Part shown: positions 56,078 to 64,000 of the stretch, in pieces
Numbering within the stretch: position 1 is the first letter of the stretch
How the letters are laid out: every line of letters starts with the position of its first letter
Source of the DNA: Alphaproteobacteria bacterium
Lineage (GTDB): Bacteria > Pseudomonadota > Alphaproteobacteria > Bin95
Direction of reading: 5' to 3'
DNA length: 64,000 nt
Assembly (NCBI GenBank): GCA_963665325.3
Contig: CAXXWS020000003.1
Location: 288,001 to 352,000, forward strand
Notes under the pieces: generated by a model
Database searches by the model: none
Seen by the model: the letters and a program-made list of their open reading frames with translations, nothing else
Told to the model about the DNA's origin: nothing
Made by a program: the position numbers and the translations under genes

Positions 56078-57887
56078 CGGACTTGGCGAGGTTGCGGGGC
56101 TGGTCCACATCGGTGCCCTTGGCCACCGCCGTGTGGTAGGCGAGAAGCTGCACCGGGATCGCATAAAGGATCGGCGCGACGAACGGATCGACTGCAGGCA
56201 TCTCCACCGCAGCCTCCGCATGGTCGCCCACGGCCTCTATACCGGCCGCGTCGCTCACCAGGATAACCCGCCCGCCGCGCGCCGCGACCTGGCGGATGTT
56301 GGAGGCGGTCTTGTCGAACAGCCGGTCCGAGGGCGCGATGGCGACCACAGGCACGTCTTCGTCGATGAGCGCGATGGGCCCGTGCTTCAACTCGCCTGCG
56401 GCATGGCCGGCGGCGTGGATATAGGAAAGCTCCTTGAGCTTCAGCGCCCCTTCGAGCGCGATGGCGAAGCTGGTGCCGCGCCCGATATAGAGCACATCGC
56501 GCGCGCCCGCGATGCGGTGCGCCAGCGCCTCGATGCCATCGTCCTGCTCCAGTATGTCCGCCGTGCGCGAGGGCACTTCCAGCAGCGCTTCGGTCAGCCG
56601 CCCGGCTTCCCTCCCGTCTATCGCGCCCCTCGCAAGCGCCGCCGCGATCGCAAGCGCCGCCAGCACGACGAGCTGGGTGGTGAAGGCCTTGGTGGAGGCA
56701 ACGCCGATCTCCGGGCCGGCGAGCGTGTGGATCACGGCATCGCTCTCGCGCGCAATCGCGCTCTCCGCCACATTGACGATGGAGACCGAATGAAGGCCCT
56801 GCCGGCGCGCGTAACGCAGCGCCTCCAGCGTGTCGATGGTCTCGCCCGACTGCGAGATCTGGAGCGCCATGCCGCCCCGATCCAAGGGCGGCTCGCGGTA
56901 GCGCAACTCGGAGGCGATATCGAGATCGACCGGCAGTCGGGCAAGGCTCTCCAGCCAGTATTTCCCGACCAGGCCCGCGTAATAGGCTGTGCCGCAGGCG
57001 GACGCGGTGACACGCCCCACCGAGGCGAAGTCGATGCCGAGCTCCGGGAGCGCAACCGCGCGCGTCAGCGGGTTGAACAGCGCCCGGAGCGTGTCCCCGA
57101 TCACGGTCGGCTGCTCATGGATCTCCTTCTGCATGTAGTGGCGGTAGTTGCCCTTGCCGATCATCGCGCCCGCGAGCCGATTGCGGCGCACGGGCCGTTC
57201 GACCGCGCGGCCCTCGGCATCGCGCACCTCCGCCCCGCTGCGCGAGAAAATCGCCCGGTCGCCTTCTTCGAGGAAGGCGATGCGGTCCGTGAAAGGCGCA
57301 AGCGCAAGCGCATCGGAGCCGAGGAACATCTCGCCCTCGCCCGGACCGAAGGCGAGCGGGCTGCCCCGCCGCGCGCCGATCATCAGGTCCTGCTCGCCGG
57401 CGAACAGAATGGCGAGCGCGAACGCCCCTTCCAGCCGCTTCAGCGCTGCATCGGTCGCGGAAACGGGGTCCATTCCCCGTTCGAGATTGCGGGTGATGAG
57501 CTGCGCCACGGCTTCCGTGTCGGTCTCGGTGACGAAGGTGCAGCCCTCCGCCTCGAGCTCGCGGCGCAAGGCCAGGAAGTTCTCGACGATGCCGTTATGG
57601 ACCACCGCCACGCGGCCGGTGGCATGCGGATGGGCATTGGTTTCGTTGGCCGCGCCGTGCGTCGCCCAGCGCGTATGGCCGATGCCGGAAGCTCCTTCCA
57701 CCGGCTTCGCCGCCACCAGGTCGCGCAGGCGGTCGATCTTGCCCTCCGCGCGCCGGCGGCGGATAGCTCCGTTGTCCAACACCGCGATGCCGGCGGAATC
57801 GTAGCCGCGATATTCGAGCCGCCTCAGCGCATCGATCAGCGGCCACGCGACCGGCCCGCTCCCGAGAATGCCGATAATGCCGCACAT
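56064..57887 (-). CDS. glmS: Glutamine--fructose-6-phosphate transaminase
   Basis: MCGIIG, LEYRGYDSAG, GHTRWATHG, SQSGET, PRNLAKSVTVE. Confidence 0.98.
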   Translation of the reverse strand: MCGIIGILGSGPVAWPLIDALRRLEYRGYDSAGIAVLDNGAIRRRRAEGKIDRLRDLVAAKPVEGASGIGHTRWATHGAANETNAHPHATGRVAVVHNGIVENFLALRRELEAEGCTFVTETDTEAVAQLITRNLERGMDPVSATDAALKRLEGAFALAILFAGEQDLMIGARRGSPLAFGPGEGEMFLGSDALALAPFTDRIAFLEEGDRAIFSRSGAEVRDAEGRAVERPVRRNRLAGAMIGKGNYRHYMQKEIHEQPTVIGDTLRALFNPLTRAVALPELGIDFASVGRVTASACGTAYYAGLVGKYWLESLARLPVDLDIASELRYREPPLDRGGMALQISQSGETIDTLEALRYARRQGLHSVSIVNVAESAIARESDAVIHTLAGPEIGVASTKAFTTQLVVLAALAIAAALARGAIDGREAGRLTEALLEVPSRTADILEQDDGIEALAHRIAGARDVLYIGRGTSFAIALEGALKLKELSYIHAAGHAAGELKHGPIALIDEDVPVVAIAPSDRLFDKTASNIRQVAARGGRVILVSDAAGIEAVGDHAEAAVEMPAVDPFVAPILYAIPVQLLAYHTAVAKGTDVDQPRNLAKSVTVE

Positions 57888-57900
57888 GCGCCGCCCCCGG

Positions 57901-59244
57901 TCAGTCGCCGGAGGACTGGCGGTTGCGCCGCATGCGCAGCCGGGCGGCCCAGCCCTTGCGTTCGGTCTGCTCGGCGCGTTCCACCACCAGCGCGTCCGCC
58001 TCGACATTGCGGCTGACGGTCGAGCCCGCGCCCACCACGGCGCCGGGGCCGACGGAGACGGGGGCAACCAGCGCGGTGTTGGAGCCGATGAAGGCGCCCG
58101 CGCCAATCTCGGTCCGGTGCTTGCGGAAGCCGTCATAGTTGCAGGTGATCGTGCCCGCGCCGATATTGGCACCCGCGCCGACATGGGCATCGCCGATATA
58201 GGCGAGATGGTTCGCCTTTGAGCCCGCCTCCAGCACGGCGTTCTTCACCTCGACGAAGTTGCCGACTCCGGCTCCGGGCCCGACATCGGCGCCGGGCCGG
58301 AGCCGTGCATAGGGGCCGACTCGCGCGCCGGAACGCACGACCGCTCCCTTCAGGTGGCAGAAAGCCCGGATTTCCGCGCCCTCCTCCACCGTCACCCCAG
58401 TCAGGAACACGGTGTTCGGGCCGACGGTCACATCCCTGCCGAAGCGCGTGTCGTAGCTGAGATAGACTGTTTCCGGCATCGGCATGGTGACGCCGGCGGC
58501 GAAGGCACGCTCCCGGAGCCGGCGCTGCATCGCGGCCTCGGCACCGGCGAGTTCGGCGCGCGAGTTGATGCCCAGCGCCTCCTCCTCGGCGGCTTCGACC
58601 AGCGCGGTATTCAGTCCGTCCGCCCGCGCGAGCGCCACGATGTCGGTCAGGTAGTATTCGCCCTTGGCATTGTCGTTGCCGACCCGCTCGAGCAGGGAGA
58701 AGAGGAAACGCCCGTCAACCGCCATGATGCCGGAATTGCAGACCGGCAGCGCGCGCACATCCGGCCCGGCGTCGCGCCATTCCACGATCGCTTCCGGCTT
58801 TCCCCCGGCATCCTGCACGACGCGGCCGTACTGGTTGGCGCCGGAGGGGCGCATCCCCAGCACGGCGACGGCGGCGCCGTCTGCCAGCGAATCCGCGAGT
58901 GCCTGCATTGTCGAGGCCCGGAGCAGCGGCGTATCGGCGAACAGCACCAGCACGGTCCCGTCGAAGCCGGCCAGCGCGTCGCGGGCGGCAAGCACGGCAT
59001 GGGCGGTGCCGAGGGGTTCGGCCTGCACGGCCGTCTCCGCCGGCACGGCCGCGGCCGCTACCCGGTCCATGCCGGGCCCGGTGATGCAGACCGCCCGTTG
59101 CGGCGCAAGTTCGCCCAGCGTGTCGAGCACATGGGCGATCATCGTCCGCCCCGCGATTTCATGCAGCACCTTCGGCGTGGAAGAGCGCATGCGCTCGCCC
59201 CTGCCTGCCGCCAGCACCACCGCCGCGAGCGCCCGCCGCGCCAT
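57901..59244 (-). CDS. glmU: Bifunctional GlcNAc-1-P uridyltransferase/acetyltransferase
   Basis: LAAGRGERMRS, GEYYLTD, GNFVEVK, GAGTITCNYDG. Confidence 0.97.
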   Translation of the reverse strand: MARRALAAVVLAAGRGERMRSSTPKVLHEIAGRTMIAHVLDTLGELAPQRAVCITGPGMDRVAAAAVPAETAVQAEPLGTAHAVLAARDALAGFDGTVLVLFADTPLLRASTMQALADSLADGAAVAVLGMRPSGANQYGRVVQDAGGKPEAIVEWRDAGPDVRALPVCNSGIMAVDGRFLFSLLERVGNDNAKGEYYLTDIVALARADGLNTALVEAAEEEALGINSRAELAGAEAAMQRRLRERAFAAGVTMPMPETVYLSYDTRFGRDVTVGPNTVFLTGVTVEEGAEIRAFCHLKGAVVRSGARVGPYARLRPGADVGPGAGVGNFVEVKNAVLEAGSKANHLAYIGDAHVGAGANIGAGTITCNYDGFRKHRTEIGAGAFIGSNTALVAPVSVGPGAVVGAGSTVSRNVEADALVVERAEQTERKGWAARLRMRRNRQSSGD

Positions 59245-59333
59245 GTCTGTCCCTCCGGTCTGCGAACCCGGCCCAAAACTATGCGAAACTCATTGCGGCG
59301 CAATCGGCCGCGGTTCAAGCTTTGTTGCGGATT

Positions 59334-59984
59334 ATGACAATCGAAACCGTCATCTTCGATCTCGACGGCACGCTGGTGGACAGCGCCGCGGATATCGCCT
59401 TCGCAGCGAACGCGGCGCTGACGGGCGAGGGCCTTGAACCGGTCACGAGCGAGGAGGCCGCGGGCCTGATCGGCGACGGCGCCCGCAAGGCCGTCCAGCG
59501 CGCCTTCGCGCTGCGCGGGGGCCCTGCGGACAGGGATGCCCTCGACCGCGGCGAACGCGCCTTCTCACAGGCCTATGTCGACCCCGGCCAGCCGATTCTC
59601 GGCCGGCTCTATTCCGGCGTGCCGGAGACGCTCGCGCGGATGGCCCGCGCCGGGATCGCTCTCGGTGTGTGCACCAACAAGCCGCTGGCGGCGGCCCGCC
59701 ATACGCTTTCCGCCCTGGACATTGCGGATCGTTTTGCGGTGCTGGTCGGCGGCGACTGCACATCCTTCCGCAAGCCCGATCCCCGCCATCTGCTCGCCTG
59801 TCTGCAGCCGCTCGGCGGCCGGCCCGAGACGTCCGCCATGGTCGGCGACTCGACGAATGACGAAGAGGCCGCACGCAGCGCCGGCATCGCCTTCGTCGGC
59901 GTGACTTTCGGTTACGGCCGGCTGAGCGGAGCGGCGCACGTCGTGGACCGCTTTTGCGATATTCCCGAGGCTCTCGGCCTCTGA
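59334..59984 (+). CDS. gph: HAD hydrolase, phosphoglycolate phosphatase-like
   Basis: FDLDGTLVDS, CTNKP, KPDP, MVGDS. Confidence 0.85.
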   Translation: MTIETVIFDLDGTLVDSAADIAFAANAALTGEGLEPVTSEEAAGLIGDGARKAVQRAFALRGGPADRDALDRGERAFSQAYVDPGQPILGRLYSGVPETLARMARAGIALGVCTNKPLAAARHTLSALDIADRFAVLVGGDCTSFRKPDPRHLLACLQPLGGRPETSAMVGDSTNDEEAARSAGIAFVGVTFGYGRLSGAAHVVDRFCDIPEALGL

Positions 59985-60021
59985 CCCGCGTTCCACCAGA
60001 CCGGCAAGGACCCTTCCCGCC

Positions 60022-60822
60022 ATGGCTCACGAATATGTCACCCTCGCGCGCGAGGGCCGCGTCGCGACCGTCACCTTCGACCGGGGCAACCGGCTCAACC
60101 CGCTTTCCCTTCAGGCCATCGAGGAGCTGACGGACGTTGCGCTGGGTTTCTCCGCCGATCTCGAAACCTCGGCCATCGTGCTGCGCACGCCCGACGGCAG
60201 CGGCTTCTCGGCCGGGCGCGACCTGTCGGACCCCGCGATGGAACTGCGCCGCGACAAGCCGATGCTCGCCCGGCGCCATGCGGCCGGGGCGGGCAAGCGC
60301 CTCTGCGCCGCCTGGGAGGGGCTTGAGCAGTTCACCATTGCCGCGATCGAGCGCTTCGCCATCGGCGGCGGGCTCGCGCTGGCGGCCGCATTCGACCTCC
60401 GCGTGATGGGCGCCAGCGCGCATTTCCGCGCGCCGGAGGTGGCGCTCGGCCTCTCCATGAGCTGGGGCACGATTCCGCGCCTCGTGGCGCTTGTCGGGCC
60501 GGCGCGCGCCAAGCAGATCCTCTGCCTCGGCAACGACCGCATCGAGGCGGCCGACGCGCTCGCCTGGGGGCTGGCGCAGGAGGTCGTGGAGGACGGCCAG
60601 GCGCCGACGCGCGCGCTCGAACTCGCGACCCGCGCCGCTGCCATGCCGCCCGTGCCGCTGCGCATGACCAAGACCACCGTCAACGCCATTGCCGGCGCAC
60701 TCGCCGGGGCCGCCATCCATATGGATACGGAGGAGGTCATGCTGACCGAACTGACCGAGGACTTCGCCGAGGGCGTCGCCGCCTTCCGGGAGACGCGCCC
60801 GGCCAATTTCCGGGGGGCCTGA
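60022..60822 (+). CDS. Enoyl-CoA hydratase/isomerase family protein
   Basis: FSAGRDL, AIGGG, PEVALG, EGVAAFRE. Confidence 0.92.
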   Translation: MAHEYVTLAREGRVATVTFDRGNRLNPLSLQAIEELTDVALGFSADLETSAIVLRTPDGSGFSAGRDLSDPAMELRRDKPMLARRHAAGAGKRLCAAWEGLEQFTIAAIERFAIGGGLALAAAFDLRVMGASAHFRAPEVALGLSMSWGTIPRLVALVGPARAKQILCLGNDRIEAADALAWGLAQEVVEDGQAPTRALELATRAAAMPPVPLRMTKTTVNAIAGALAGAAIHMDTEEVMLTELTEDFAEGVAAFRETRPANFRGA

Positions 60823-60987
60823 CCGGCCCGGCCACGCAGGAACGAATACGGCACGACTGGCCCCGCCCGGCCGGCCAGTGCTATGTTGCGGAGCGCCGCC
60901 GGGCGGGGAGTCCGGGCGGAAGCCCCGAAAAGGACAGCGCATGACGGACAGGATTGACGAAGGCGGCAGCGCGGCCGGCCGGCGGCG

Positions 60988-62151
60988 ATGAACGCCCCGC
61001 TTGCGCCTTACGCCGCCTCGCCGTCGGACGTGCGGGGCCGGCGCTATCCGGAACCGGAGTCCGGCGACCGCACGCCGTTCCAGCGCGACCGCGACCGCAT
61101 CCTCCATTCCACCGCATTCCGCCGCCTGCAATACAAGACCCAGGTCTTCGTCTGCGACGAGGGCGACCACTATCGCAGCCGGCTGACGCACTCGCTCGAA
61201 GTCGGCCAGATCGCGCGCGGCATCTGCCGGAGCCTCGCGCTCGAGGAAACGCTGGCCGAGACGCTGGCGCTGGCGCACGACCTCGGCCACACCCCCTTCG
61301 GCCATGCGGGCGAAGCCGCGCTGGCTGCGGCGCTCGGCGGCTTCGGAGGCTTCGACCACAATGTGCAGACGCTGCGCATCGTCACCCGGCTGGAGGCCCG
61401 CTACGCCGCTTTCGACGGCCTCAACCTGACCTGGGAGACGCTGGAGGGCCTTGCCAAGCATAACGGGCCGGTCGCGCCCGGCGCCGTTCCGGCGCCCATT
61501 GCCAACCTGGATTGCGAGCTTGGGCTCCGGCTCGATGAGTGGCCGGGACTCGAAGCGCAGGCCGCCGCGCTCGCCGACGACATCGCCTACAATAACCACG
61601 ATATCGACGACGGCGTGCGCGCCGGGCTGATAGACCTCGACGACCTGCACGACCTGCCCCTGTTCGGGACCGCGCTGGCAGAGGTGGAAGGGTGCTACGG
61701 AAAGCTGCCGCCGGCGCGCCTCATCCACGAGACAGTGCGCCGGGGGGTGCGCGCCATGGTGGCCGACACGGTGGGCGAGACCCGCCGGCGGCTCGCCGAG
61801 ACCCGGCCCGAGAGCGCCGACGATGTCCGCAGGGCAGGCCGGCCGCTGGTCGCCTTTTCGGATTCCATGGCGGAGGCGGAGCAGGCGCTCAAGAGCTTCC
61901 TGCACAAGCGGCTCTACCGCCATCCGCATGTGGCGGCGGAGACCGAGCAGGCAGGGGTCGTGGTGACGGATCTGTTCCGTTCACTCTTTGCCCGGCCCGA
62001 GGCGCTGCCCCCGGAATGGCAGAGCCGCACGGACAGCGCAAACGCCTGTCGGACGGCGCGCGTCGTGGCGGACTATATTGCCGGCATGACCGACCGCTAC
62101 GCATTCCGGGAACACGCCCGCCTCTGCAATGGAGACCGGCGACCGCGATGA
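60988..62151 (+). CDS. dgt: Deoxyguanosinetriphosphate triphosphohydrolase
   Basis: [50 protein letters not shown]. Confidence 0.95.
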   Translation: MNAPLAPYAASPSDVRGRRYPEPESGDRTPFQRDRDRILHSTAFRRLQYKTQVFVCDEGDHYRSRLTHSLEVGQIARGICRSLALEETLAETLALAHDLGHTPFGHAGEAALAAALGGFGGFDHNVQTLRIVTRLEARYAAFDGLNLTWETLEGLAKHNGPVAPGAVPAPIANLDCELGLRLDEWPGLEAQAAALADDIAYNNHDIDDGVRAGLIDLDDLHDLPLFGTALAEVEGCYGKLPPARLIHETVRRGVRAMVADTVGETRRRLAETRPESADDVRRAGRPLVAFSDSMAEAEQALKSFLHKRLYRHPHVAAETEQAGVVVTDLFRSLFARPEALPPEWQSRTDSANACRTARVVADYIAGMTDRYAFREHARLCNGDRRPR

Positions 62152-63851
62152 ACGTCTTTCGCGAGCTTGGACAGGCCGTACGCGACGCCCGCAGCAATGT
62201 CGTCGGCGCACTCGATGCGCCGGCGACCGTGGAGCTGCCGCGCGACCCGGCGCATGGCGATTTCTCGTCGAATACGGCCATGACAACGGCCCGCGCCGCC
62301 GGCATGAAGCCGCGCGACCTGGCGGAAGCCCTTGCCGAACGCCTCCGCGCGGACAAGAGGTTCGCAAACGCCGAGGTGGCAGGCCCCGGCTTCGTCAACC
62401 TGCGCATGACGCCGGCTTTCTGGCAGGCGAAGGTTCCCGAAATCCTGGCGGCCGGCGAAGTCTATGGAGACTCGGACCTCGGGGCGGGCCGCAAGGTCAA
62501 TGTCGAGTATGTCTCCACCAACCCGACCGGCCCGCTGCATGTCGGCCATGCGCGCGGCGCCGTATTCGGCGATGCGCTCGCCCGCCTGCTCGCCAGGGCC
62601 GGCTATGCGGTCACCACCGAGTATTACATCAACGATGCCGGCGCGCAGGTGGATGCGCTCGCCCGCTCCGTCCACCACCGCTATCTGGAGGCGCTGGGCG
62701 CGGCGCCCGGCGCGATGACGGAGGAGATGTATCCGGGCGACTACCTGGAACCCGTGGGCGCGGCGCTCGCTAATGAATTCGGCGCGCGCTACCGGGACGC
62801 CGCCGAGAGCGAGTGGCTGGCGCCGTTCCGCGAGCGCGCCGTCGCGGCGATGATGGCGGCGATCCGCGAGGACCTCGCCGCCGCCGGCATCGAGCAGGAG
62901 GTGTTCGCGTCCGAACGCGCGCTCGTCGAATCGGGCGGCGTCGAGCGCGCCATTGCCGGGCTGGAGGAAAAGGGGCTGGTCTATTGGGGCGTGCTGGACC
63001 CGCCCAAAGGCAGGAAGCCCGAAGACTGGGAGCCCGGCCGCCGGCAGATGCTGTTCCGCTCGACCGAGGCAGGCGACGATGTGGACCGGCCGCTGAAGAA
63101 GTCGGACGGCGGCTGGACCTATTTCGCCTCCGACATCGCCTACCACATGGACAAGGCGGCGCGCGGCTTCGAGGAGTTCATAGATGTCTGGGGCGCCGAC
63201 CATGGCGGCTATGTCAAGCGGATGCAGGCGGCGGTGTCGGCCGCGACCGGCGTCGGGCTCGACGTAAAGATCTGCCAGCTGGTGCGCGTGCTGCGCGGCG
63301 GCGAGCTGGTGCGCATGTCGAAGCGCAGCGGCGACTTCGTGACCTTGAAGGAGGTGGTGGACGAGGTCGGGCGGGACGCACTGCGCTTCCTGATGCTCAC
63401 CCGCCGCAACGATGCGCCGCTCGATTTCGACCTCGCCCAGGCGGTGGCGCAGTCGCGCGACAATCCGGTGTTCTACGTCCAGTACGCCCATGCCCGTTGC
63501 TGCTCCGTGCTGCGCCACGGCGAGGGGATCGGACCGGCGGACGCAGAGGATCTTGCGCATCTGGAAGCGCCCGAGGAACTGGCGCTGATCCGCCGGCTCG
63601 CGGCGTGGCCGCATACGGTCGAATCGGCTGCCGAGGCGCATGAGCCGCACCGCGCGGCCTTCTACCTGATGGATGTCGCGACCGACTTCCACGCGCTCTG
63701 GACGAAAGGCCGGGAGAATACGCGGCTGCGCTTCATCCAGGACGACGATCCGGCCGGAACGCGCGCCCGGCTGGCGCTTGTCCGCGCGACCGCAATCGTG
63801 ATCGCCGGAGGGCTCTGGACGCTCGGCGTCGAGCCGGTGGAACGGATGTAG
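62148..63851 (+). CDS. argS: Arginine--tRNA ligase
   Basis: [33 protein letters not shown]. Confidence 0.98.
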   Translation: MNVFRELGQAVRDARSNVVGALDAPATVELPRDPAHGDFSSNTAMTTARAAGMKPRDLAEALAERLRADKRFANAEVAGPGFVNLRMTPAFWQAKVPEILAAGEVYGDSDLGAGRKVNVEYVSTNPTGPLHVGHARGAVFGDALARLLARAGYAVTTEYYINDAGAQVDALARSVHHRYLEALGAAPGAMTEEMYPGDYLEPVGAALANEFGARYRDAAESEWLAPFRERAVAAMMAAIREDLAAAGIEQEVFASERALVESGGVERAIAGLEEKGLVYWGVLDPPKGRKPEDWEPGRRQMLFRSTEAGDDVDRPLKKSDGGWTYFASDIAYHMDKAARGFEEFIDVWGADHGGYVKRMQAAVSAATGVGLDVKICQLVRVLRGGELVRMSKRSGDFVTLKEVVDEVGRDALRFLMLTRRNDAPLDFDLAQAVAQSRDNPVFYVQYAHARCCSVLRHGEGIGPADAEDLAHLEAPEELALIRRLAAWPHTVESAAEAHEPHRAAFYLMDVATDFHALWTKGRENTRLRFIQDDDPAGTRARLALVRATAIVIAGGLWTLGVEPVERM

Positions 63852-63855
63852 GGCC

Positions 63856-64000
63856 GTGGCGGCGGCGCCCGACAGCCGACGCCACACGCTCCGGCTGGCC
63901 GGCCTGGGCGTGTTGTCGGTCGTCGCGCTCGGGGCGCTGCTGTGGTTCGGCTACCGGGCGCTGCTCGGAACGAGCGACGCCGACCTCCCCGTCGTCACGG
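63856..64000 (+). CDS. Partial membrane-anchored protein, probably SPOR-domain (runs off the window edge)
   Basis: GTG start, a TM segment ending LWFGY, then LPVV. The usual alphaproteobacterial gene after argS is a SPOR protein. Confidence 0.55.
   Translation, partial: MAAAPDSRRHTLRLAGLGVLSVVALGALLWFGYRALLGTSDADLPVVT

Noticed and set aside
60988-62151. dgt as an anti-phage dGTPase
   Set aside because: Host-like GC and the conserved dgt-argS-SPOR context indicate the housekeeping copy.

Overview
This is a gene-dense, GC-rich window (roughly 70% GC by spot counts) from an alphaproteobacterium, judged from gene order: cobU-cobW-cobN-cobO-cobQ, ubiE-ubiB-coaBC-dut divergent from mutM, phoR-pstSCAB-phoU-phoB, glmU-glmS, and dgt-argS-SPOR. 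Most of it is housekeeping or catabolic genes. Three accessory features stand out. (1) A low-GC two-gene insert (12797-14654) encodes a SAMHD1-like HD dNTP-triphosphohydrolase and a YwgA/Panacea-like partner, a candidate defence or toxin-antitoxin module. (2) A 2446-bp IS1595-family element (29095-31540) has 21-bp inverted repeats, a perfect 8-bp target duplication, three passenger ORFs and an apparently mutated catalytic Glu. (3) A dispersed repeat element occurs twice (about 1564-2450 and 29027-31970). Each copy has a minus-strand promoter, a conserved multi-hairpin leader with covarying stems, a variable ORF, and 10-bp-period TGTCAT repeats; the IS inserted into these repeats in the second copy. 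I saw no tRNA, rRNA or CRISPR array. All product calls come from motif recognition by eye, not database searches.
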